Source: Varibaculum timonense
GTDB taxonomy: Bacteria; Bacillota; Clostridia; Tissierellales; Tissierellaceae
DNA: 24,000 bases
NCBI GenBank assembly: GCA_902386935.1
Contig: CABMKH010000005.1
Span: forward strand, 100,495-124,494
Reading direction: 5' to 3'
Positions 17,556-23,594 of this stretch are shown in pieces; positions within the stretch are counted from its first letter, which is position 1; each line of letters opens with the position of its first letter. Under the pieces are notes generated by a model that worked only from the letters and a program-made list of their open reading frames with translations, was not told where the DNA came from and did not search any database. A program made the translations under genes and the position numbers.

Positions 17556-18515
17556 ATGAGTTGGGCTTTTATAGCTACATGGAGAATGGCACTAGAGGGT
17601 ATTCAAGAAGGGGCTAAGCTATTAGAGGACAATGGAAACTGTGGAGATGCTGTGGAGACAGCTATAAAGATGGTAGAAGATTTTCCATATTATAAATCTG
17701 TAGGATATGGTGGGCTTCCCAATGAAAATGGAGAAGTAGAACTAGATGCAGCCTATATGGATGGAGATAGTCTATCTATTGGAGCTGTTGCAGGAATTAA
17801 GGATTTCAAAAATCCTATAAGTATAGCTAGAAAACTAAGTAAAGAAAAATTCAATTGTTTTTTAGTAGGTCAAGGAGCAGAGGAATATGCTCACAAAAAT
17901 GGATTTGAAAGAGTGAATATGCTTACAGACAGGGCTATTATCCACTATAAGAATAGATTGAAGGAAATAAAGACTAGAGATCTTACTCCATATTCTGGCC
18001 ATGATACTGTAGGAATGGTTGCACTAGATTTAAATAATTCTATGGCAGCTGGTACATCTACAAGTGGTCTATTTATGAAAAAAAGAGGTAGAACAGGAGA
18101 TTCTCCACTATCAGGTTCAGGTTTTTATGTAGATAGTGAAATCGGAGGAGCAACAGCTACTGGATTAGGAGAAGATATTATGAAGGGATGTGTATCCTAT
18201 GAGATTGTAAGACTTATGAAGGAAGGATATACACCTCAAGAAGCAGCAGATAAGGCAGTATCTGATTTAAACAATCTCCTTATTAGTAGGAGAAAGGAAG
18301 CAGGAGATATCTCTGTTGTATGTATCAATAATAAGGGGGAATTTGGAGTAGCCACAAATATAGAGGGATTTTCCTTTGTAGTAGCTACAGATAGTTTATC
18401 TCCAACTGTATATGTATGTTCATCAGACAATGGAAGGACCACATATGAAGCTGCAAGTAAGGAATGGTTAGATGACTATATGAAAACTAGGACTGCACCA
18501 CTAGAGTTAAAATAA
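17556..18515 (+). CDS. N4-(beta-N-acetylglucosaminyl)-L-asparaginase (glycosylasparaginase, Ntn hydrolase), cytoplasmic
   Basis: Autoprocessing/nucleophile motif GHDTVGMVALD (Thr151, codon 18006-18008). It is followed by AAGTSTSGLFMKKRGRTGDSPLSGSGFYVD, which closely parallels the human AGA block [30 protein letters not shown]. No N-terminal signal peptide is present. Confidence 0.85.
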   Translation: MSWAFIATWRMALEGIQEGAKLLEDNGNCGDAVETAIKMVEDFPYYKSVGYGGLPNENGEVELDAAYMDGDSLSIGAVAGIKDFKNPISIARKLSKEKFNCFLVGQGAEEYAHKNGFERVNMLTDRAIIHYKNRLKEIKTRDLTPYSGHDTVGMVALDLNNSMAAGTSTSGLFMKKRGRTGDSPLSGSGFYVDSEIGGATATGLGEDIMKGCVSYEIVRLMKEGYTPQEAADKAVSDLNNLLISRRKEAGDISVVCINNKGEFGVATNIEGFSFVVATDSLSPTVYVCSSDNGRTTYEAASKEWLDDYMKTRTAPLELK

Positions 18516-18549
18516 TGAAAAAAGCTAAAAGAGAAAGAAGGTTATGATT

Positions 18550-18870
18550 ATGGAAGGTATGGAATTGATGAATTTTCAAATAATAAGCAATGTAGGAGAT
18601 GCAAAATCATATCTATTTGAATCTTTGAAGGCATCAAGGGAAGACAGATTTGAAGATGCTGAAAAGCTTATTAAAGATGCAGATAAGAGTTTAGAAAAGG
18701 CCCATGAAATTCATGTAGAGCTTCTTCAAAGTGAAACACAGGGAAAGCCCATAGAGATATCTCTTCTATTGATGCATGCTGAAGATCAGATGATGACTAC
18801 AGAGATGTTCAGAGATATTGCCAATGAGATGTTGTTGATGCATAAAAAATACGCAAATATAGATAAATAA
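18550..18870 (+). CDS. PTS EIIA, lactose/cellobiose family
   Basis: CelC/ChbA-like sequence: FQIISNVGDAKS, AHEIHVELLQSE, and the His site in LLLMHAEDQMMT. ATG 18550 has better spacing to GAAAGAAGG than the track's ATG at 18544. Confidence 0.88.
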   Translation: MEGMELMNFQIISNVGDAKSYLFESLKASREDRFEDAEKLIKDADKSLEKAHEIHVELLQSETQGKPIEISLLLMHAEDQMMTTEMFRDIANEMLLMHKKYANIDK

Positions 18871-18871
18871 G

Positions 18872-18901
18872 GACTAGGTAAATTTTACCTAGTCTTTATT
18901 T
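18872..18901 (+). terminator. Rho-independent terminator after the Lac-type EIIA
   Basis: GACTAGGTAAA..TTTACCTAGTC followed by TTTATTT. Confidence 0.75.
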
Positions 18902-18920
18902 ATCTATAATATATAGAAAG

Positions 18921-18995
18921 CTGTACATAAGTTACTTATCATTAGGGAAGCTATATGTAATAGATTTATAGAAGACTAAAATATATAATTTTATT
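18921..18995 (+). promoter_or_regulatory. Conserved operator + promoter module, copy 3 (upstream of EIIB / EIIC-2)
   Basis: 67 of 75 positions are identical to copy 1 in an ungapped hand alignment. TAGATT (18961-18966), a 17-nt spacer and TATAAT (18984-18989) follow. A ~125-nt leader separates it from the EIIB start. Confidence 0.7.
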
Positions 18996-19114
18996 GTAGG
19001 AGATTATTTAAGCATATTCCTAGGGGAAAACGATGTCGATAATTTAAGGAAGGCTTAGATATATTGGAGTTTTTAAATACTTAGAGAAAAAATTATATTT
19101 AGGAGGTAAAGATA

Positions 19115-19438
19115 ATGAAGAAGATATATCTATTTTGTGATCAAGGTATGAGTACTAGTATGTTGGCTAAGAAGATGCAGGATATTGGGGACAAACACAA
19201 TTTACCTGTAGAGGTGAAGGCCTATTCTATCAAGATATTGGAAAAAATATTAGAAGAAGAGCATCCAGATTGTGTATTATTAGGACCTCAAGTTAGACAT
19301 CTACTTGAAGATACTGAGAATAGAGTGGAAGGCTATAATGTCCCAGTGGGAGTAGTTGATTCTGTTGACTACGGAATGATGGATGGGGAAAGAGTTCTTA
19401 AAAAAGCTATATTGATGATGAAAAATTACAAGAAATAG
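19115..19438 (+). CDS. PTS EIIB, lactose/cellobiose family
   Basis: Active-site Cys motif IYLFCDQGMSTSML, plus LLGPQV and DGERVLKKA as in ChbB/LicB. RBS AGGAGG. Confidence 0.9.
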   Translation: MKKIYLFCDQGMSTSMLAKKMQDIGDKHNLPVEVKAYSIKILEKILEEEHPDCVLLGPQVRHLLEDTENRVEGYNVPVGVVDSVDYGMMDGERVLKKAILMMKNYKK

Positions 19439-19448
19439 GGGGATAATA

Positions 19449-20795
19449 ATGCTTAGTAAACTAGAAGAAGTTTTAATGCCCATAGCAGATAGATTAGGGA
19501 AAAATAAGATCTTAGTTGCAATTCGTGATGGGTTTTTAGTATCTACTCCACTTATAATTGTAGGTTCTATATTCCTTTTAATAGCCAACTTTCCAGTGAC
19601 AGGTTGGTCTGAATTTTGGGCAAGGTTTTTTGGAACAGGATGGGAATCCTATCTATCAAATGTAGCTAGAGCTACCTTTGATATAGTGTCAATATTGACA
19701 GTTATTGGTATAGGATATGCCTACGCAAGGGAGATAGGGGCAGATAGGATACAAGGTGCAATTGTCTCATTAGTAGCTTTTGTAATCCTAATGCCTACAG
19801 CTATTCCCTATGTAGGAGAAGAAGGACCTGCAGTAATGAGAGCTATAAGTTTTTCCTATATAGGAACCAATGGAATATTTTTAGCAATGTTAGTTTCTAT
19901 TTTATCTGTTCGAATATTCAATTGGGCCTACAACAAGGGATGGACAATAAAATTACCTAAGGGAGTTCCACCTGCTGTATTTGATTCATTTGCAGCTTTG
20001 ATTCCAAGTGCAATAGTAATGTTTGTATTCTTTGTAGCCAGAATTGTATTTGAGCTTACTCCATATGAATCAGCACATAATTTTATATATACTGTATTAC
20101 AAGCGCCATTGATGGGAGTAGGAAATAGTCTAGGTGCTCAAATAGTATATGCAGTAGTATGTTCTGTTTTCTGGTTCTTTGGAATAAATGGACCTTCAGT
20201 TGCAAATTCAGTTTTTTCACCAATATTTAGAACTCTATCAATGGAGAATTTAGCAGCTTTTGAAGCAGGTTTACCATTGCCACATATATACACTGGACAG
20301 TTTGTAGATCTATTTCAAACCTTTGGTGGGGGAGGAAGTACTCTTTCCTTAGTTATTCTTATGATGACAGTCTGTAAGTCTCAGAGGATCAAACAACTAG
20401 GGAGATTATCTATTGTGCCAGGTATCTTTGGAATCAATGAACCTATAATATTTGGTCTTCCAATAGTATTAAATCCTATAATGATAATTCCATTTATAGG
20501 TGTTCCATTGATGAATACAGTTTTATCAGCAATAGCCTTTGAAACTGGATTTTTACCTTATACAAATGGGGTTGCACTACCTTGGACAATACCATTAGGA
20601 TTTTCAGGATATCTATCTACAGGTAGTTTTAAGGCATCCCTATTCCAGATTGTATTGTTGATATTAGGCTGTATAGTCTATTATCCATTTATAAAGATAT
20701 TAGATAAAAATTATCTCAAAGAAGAACATGCTCAAGATGATGAAGGTGGATTAGACGATATATCCTTCGATGATATATCCTTTGATGATCTATAG
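19449..20795 (+). CDS. PTS EIIC, lactose/cellobiose/diacetylchitobiose family (copy 2, paralog of 12091..13431)
   Basis: It is collinear with copy 1 and shares long identical runs (LVAIRDGFL, GWTIK.P.GVPPAV, IVPGIFGINEPIIFGLPIVLNPI). RBS AGGGGG. Confidence 0.9.
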   Translation: MLSKLEEVLMPIADRLGKNKILVAIRDGFLVSTPLIIVGSIFLLIANFPVTGWSEFWARFFGTGWESYLSNVARATFDIVSILTVIGIGYAYAREIGADRIQGAIVSLVAFVILMPTAIPYVGEEGPAVMRAISFSYIGTNGIFLAMLVSILSVRIFNWAYNKGWTIKLPKGVPPAVFDSFAALIPSAIVMFVFFVARIVFELTPYESAHNFIYTVLQAPLMGVGNSLGAQIVYAVVCSVFWFFGINGPSVANSVFSPIFRTLSMENLAAFEAGLPLPHIYTGQFVDLFQTFGGGGSTLSLVILMMTVCKSQRIKQLGRLSIVPGIFGINEPIIFGLPIVLNPIMIIPFIGVPLMNTVLSAIAFETGFLPYTNGVALPWTIPLGFSGYLSTGSFKASLFQIVLLILGCIVYYPFIKILDKNYLKEEHAQDDEGGLDDISFDDISFDDL

Positions 20796-20802
20796 AAGAT
20801 AG

Positions 20803-20834
20803 AGGACTAGGTAAATTTTTACCTAGTCCTTTTC
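20803..20834 (+). terminator. Rho-independent terminator after EIIC-2
   Basis: AGGACTAGGTAAA-ttt-TTTACCTAGTCCT followed by TTTC. Confidence 0.75.
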
Positions 20835-20880
20835 TAAAGAATAATTTAAAAATATTTAAGAATATGAGCCCTTTTATTCA

Positions 20881-20910
20881 TTGACTTTATAATATATCTT
20901 AGGATATAAT
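20881..20910 (+). promoter_or_regulatory. Sigma-A-type promoter of the antiterminator/EIICB module
   Basis: TTGACT (20881-20886), an 18-nt spacer and TATAAT (20905-20910). Confidence 0.65.
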
Positions 20911-20924
20911 GATATTAAAGAATA

Positions 20925-20957
20925 GGTGTGTTACTGATAAATATCAGGCATAAACCT
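20925..20957 (+). promoter_or_regulatory. RAT (ribonucleic antiterminator) element 1 in the leader of the antiterminator gene
   Basis: GGTGTGTTACTGATAAATATCAGGCATAAACCT fits the GTGTTACTGA...ATCAGGCAT pattern of GlcT/LicT-type RATs. An AT-rich hairpin (20955-20982) and a T7 run (20991-20997) follow. Confidence 0.7.
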
Positions 20958-21039
20958 GCATATGAAATATATTTCATATAGGGATATGTCTTTTTTTGAC
21001 TACTCTTTTCATAATCTTTATCAAAGGGAGGCGAAAGAA

Positions 21040-21831
21040 GTGGAGAAAAAGAAAAAATATACTGTCAATAAAGCTTTAAATAACAATGTAATACTTGCCT
21101 TTGATGAAGAAAAAAGAGAAGAGGTAGTATTAGTAGGTAAAGGCATTGGATTTGGAAAGAAGGAAGGAACGACAGTTAAATTAAGTGAATGGCAAATTGA
21201 AAAATCTTTTCTAGCCTTTGATGGAGATATAAAGAAAGAGTATTATCAGCTTATAAATCAGTTAAATGGAAAGGTTATTGGTCTAAGTGAAGAGATAATT
21301 GCAATGGCAGAGAAGGAGTTAGGACAATTAAATAGTCATGTTCACATTGCACTTACAGATCATATTAGCTTTGCAATAGAGAGGATAAAGGCAGGAATGG
21401 ATATAAATAATCCCTTTATCTATGAAATCAAGGCTCTGTACCCTGATGAGTTTACAATAGGGAAAAGAGCTGCAAAGATGATTAAAGATAGGCTTGGAGT
21501 TATCATCTCAGAAGATGAAATGGGTTTTATAGCACTGCATATTCATTCTGCTAGACAGAGCAAAAAAGTTACAGAGACTATAAAGGACACCAAGCTTATA
21601 AAGGACTTGGTAAATATAGTTGAAGAAGATCTAGATATTGATATATCTAATATAGATCTATCATATAGTCGTTTAGTAAATCATCTTCGGGCAGGTATAA
21701 GTAGAATGGAAGAAAAGAAATACATTGAAAATCCATTGTTGAACACCATAAAGGAGAGATTTAAAGTCTCTTATACAATAGCTGAAAAAATAGGTGAACA
21801 CATTGAGAAAATTAAGGGTATATATGTATAA
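21040..21831 (+). CDS. BglG/LicT/GlcT-family transcription antiterminator (CAT + PRD1 + PRD2), ended prematurely by an in-frame TAA
   Basis: CAT domain YTVNKALNNNVILAFDEE...VLVGKGIGFGKK. PRD motifs LTDHISFAIERIK and SEDEMGFIALHIHSA. GTG 21040 is preceded by AAGGGAGG. The same frame continues after TAA 21829-21831 as EDELGYLALHIERLKEITNLR, ending at TAA 21895-21897. Confidence 0.8.
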   Translation: MEKKKKYTVNKALNNNVILAFDEEKREEVVLVGKGIGFGKKEGTTVKLSEWQIEKSFLAFDGDIKKEYYQLINQLNGKVIGLSEEIIAMAEKELGQLNSHVHIALTDHISFAIERIKAGMDINNPFIYEIKALYPDEFTIGKRAAKMIKDRLGVIISEDEMGFIALHIHSARQSKKVTETIKDTKLIKDLVNIVEEDLDIDISNIDLSYSRLVNHLRAGISRMEEKKYIENPLLNTIKERFKVSYTIAEKIGEHIEKIKGIYV

Positions 21832-21896
21832 GAGGATGAATTAGGCTATTTAGCCTTGCATATTGAAAGACTTAAAGAAATAACAAATTTAAGATA

Positions 21897-21929
21897 AGGC
21901 GTGTTACTGAGTAAAATCAGGCATAAGCT
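21897..21929 (+). promoter_or_regulatory. RAT element 2, upstream of the EIICB gene
   Basis: AGGCGTGTTACTGAGTAAAATCAGGCATAAGC. Its 3' part (AGGCATAAGC) is the 5' arm of the terminator that follows. Confidence 0.8.
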
Positions 21930-21970
21930 TTTAATACACTATAGTTGTATTGATTGCTTATGCCTTTTTT
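21919..21970 (+). terminator. Conditional (antiterminator-controlled) Rho-independent terminator
   Basis: AGGCATAAGC (21919-21928) pairs with GCTTATGCCT (21956-21965), and a T-run follows. An inner AATACA/TGTATT helix is also present. It overlaps RAT2. Confidence 0.8.
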
Positions 21971-22002
21971 ATTATAAAATTAAATAAAGGAGGAATTATA
22001 AA

Positions 22003-23466
22003 ATGAAGGATTATTTTCAAAGACTTGGTCGTTCGTTGATGTTACCAGTAGCTGTATTGCCAGCTGCATCAGTGCTTTTGGGAATTGGCTATGCAATTGA
22101 CCCAGCAGGTTGGGGTGGTGGAAGTCCTCTAGCTGCTTTTCTAATTAAATCAGGGGATTCTATCATAGGGAATATGGCTATATTATTTGCCGTAGGCGTT
22201 GCCTTAGGCATGGCTAAGGATAGGGATGGTTCAGCAGCCTTAAGTGGTCTAGTTGGCTATCTAGTAGTTACTACCCTATTATCAACTGAATCTGTTGCAA
22301 TGTTAAAGGGAATCGATCCAGGAGAAGTAAATGCAGCTTTTGCAGCAATAAAAAATCAATTTATAGGAATTCTTTCTGGGCTAATCGCTGCTTCAATGTA
22401 TAATCGATTTAGTCATGTAAAATTGCCAGATGCTCTGGCGTTCTTTAGTGGGAAGAGATTGGTTCCAATTGTAACTTCTGTTTCAATGATAGTGGTTTCT
22501 GGAATACTATATTTCATATGGCCAGCTATATACACTGCATTAGTAGCTTTTGGTACAGGAATTAGTGGATTAGGATTTATAGGAGCTGGACTATATGGTT
22601 TCTTCAATAGACTTTTGATTCCAGTGGGACTACACCATGCATTGAATTCAGTATTCTGGTTTGATGTAGCTGGAATCGATGATATTGGAAATTTCTGGAG
22701 AAGTACTGGAACAAAGGGAATAACAGGTATGTATCAAGCAGGTTTTTTCCCAATAATGATGTTTGGTTTAATTGGTGCAGCATTTGCCATATATAAGACA
22801 GCAAAGCCAGAGAGAAAAAAGGAAATAGGGTCATTGATGATGGCAGCAGGTTTTTCAGCATTCTTAACTGGAGTCACTGAACCCCTTGAGTTTTCATTTA
22901 TGTTTGTTGCACCTGTATTATACTTTGTTCATGCTATATTATCTGGTATCTCTTTAGCAATTTCAGCATTTTTCCATTGGACAGCAGGATTTAGCTTTAG
23001 TGCAGGACTTATAGACTTTGTATTGAGTTCAAGACTTCCCTTGGCAAACAAACCATATATGTTGATAGCTCAGGGACTAGTATTTACACTATTGTATTAT
23101 GTAATATTTAGATTTTTGATTGTAACATTAAATCTATCTACTCCTGGAAGGGAAGAGATATATGAGGGAGTCCAAACAGACAGTAGAGGAACAGATGCTT
23201 TAAAGTCAGATGATGACTTTAATAATATGGCAGCTATAATCTATGAAGGTTTAGGAAAAAATGAGAATATAGTTTCAATTGATAACTGTATTACTCGTCT
23301 AAGAGTAGAAGTAAAGGATATGGATAAGGTTGATCAAGATAAGATAGGGAAAGCTGAAATCCTAGGGATTAGGGTCACAGGCTCAAAAAATATTCAAATT
23401 ATAGTTGGACCTCAGGTACAATTTGTAGCAGATAGGATAGAAGAACTGAGAAAATCTTTAGATTAG
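22003..23466 (+). CDS. PTS glucose/N-acetylglucosamine/maltose-family EIICB component
   Basis: PtsG/NagE-like N-terminus (FQRLGRSLMLPVAVLPAASVLLGIGY). EIIC blocks GITEPLEF-like (GVTEPLEFSFMF). C-terminal EIIB Cys motif IDNCITRLRV. No EIIA domain. RBS AAGGAGG. Confidence 0.9.
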   Translation: MKDYFQRLGRSLMLPVAVLPAASVLLGIGYAIDPAGWGGGSPLAAFLIKSGDSIIGNMAILFAVGVALGMAKDRDGSAALSGLVGYLVVTTLLSTESVAMLKGIDPGEVNAAFAAIKNQFIGILSGLIAASMYNRFSHVKLPDALAFFSGKRLVPIVTSVSMIVVSGILYFIWPAIYTALVAFGTGISGLGFIGAGLYGFFNRLLIPVGLHHALNSVFWFDVAGIDDIGNFWRSTGTKGITGMYQAGFFPIMMFGLIGAAFAIYKTAKPERKKEIGSLMMAAGFSAFLTGVTEPLEFSFMFVAPVLYFVHAILSGISLAISAFFHWTAGFSFSAGLIDFVLSSRLPLANKPYMLIAQGLVFTLLYYVIFRFLIVTLNLSTPGREEIYEGVQTDSRGTDALKSDDDFNNMAAIIYEGLGKNENIVSIDNCITRLRVEVKDMDKVDQDKIGKAEILGIRVTGSKNIQIIVGPQVQFVADRIEELRKSLD

Positions 23467-23482
23467 TAGAGAGATTTTAATA

Positions 23483-23514
23483 AAACAGGGACTGTCAAAG
23501 ACGGTCCCTGTTTT
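23483..23514 (+). terminator. Rho-independent terminator after the EIICB gene
   Basis: AACAGGGACTGTC-aaa-GACGGTCCCTGTT followed by TTT. Confidence 0.85.
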
Positions 23515-23594
23515 AATGGTCAAATATTAAGTTTATAATTGTAAAAATAATTTTAGGGTATATACTGTATAACAGTAATAAGAGGAGGAAAAAT

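Noticed and set aside
17556-18515. Alternative call as isoaspartyl peptidase / plant-type L-asparaginase (IaaA/EcAIII).
   Set aside because: The nucleophile context is GHDTVGMVALD and the downstream block parallels human AGA almost residue for residue. EcAIII-type enzymes, as I recall them, have a GTVGAVA-type context. I keep this as a residual possibility to be tested biochemically.
9666-18995. The three ~70-bp repeats could be a MITE or other small mobile repeat.
   Set aside because: All three are in the same orientation, immediately upstream of functionally linked operons. They have an identical -35/-10 geometry with a 17-nt spacer. They lack terminal inverted repeats and target-site duplications. 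A promoter-operator module is the simpler reading.
20962-21039. The ORF-track start (ATG 20962) of the antiterminator adds the 26 residues MKYISYRDMSFFDYSFHNLYQREAKE.
   Set aside because: This ATG lies inside the leader hairpin that follows RAT1, and the extension runs through the T7 run. The extension has no similarity to CAT domains. GTG 21040 has a strong AAGGGAGG RBS 8 nt upstream and yields a normal CAT-domain N-terminus.
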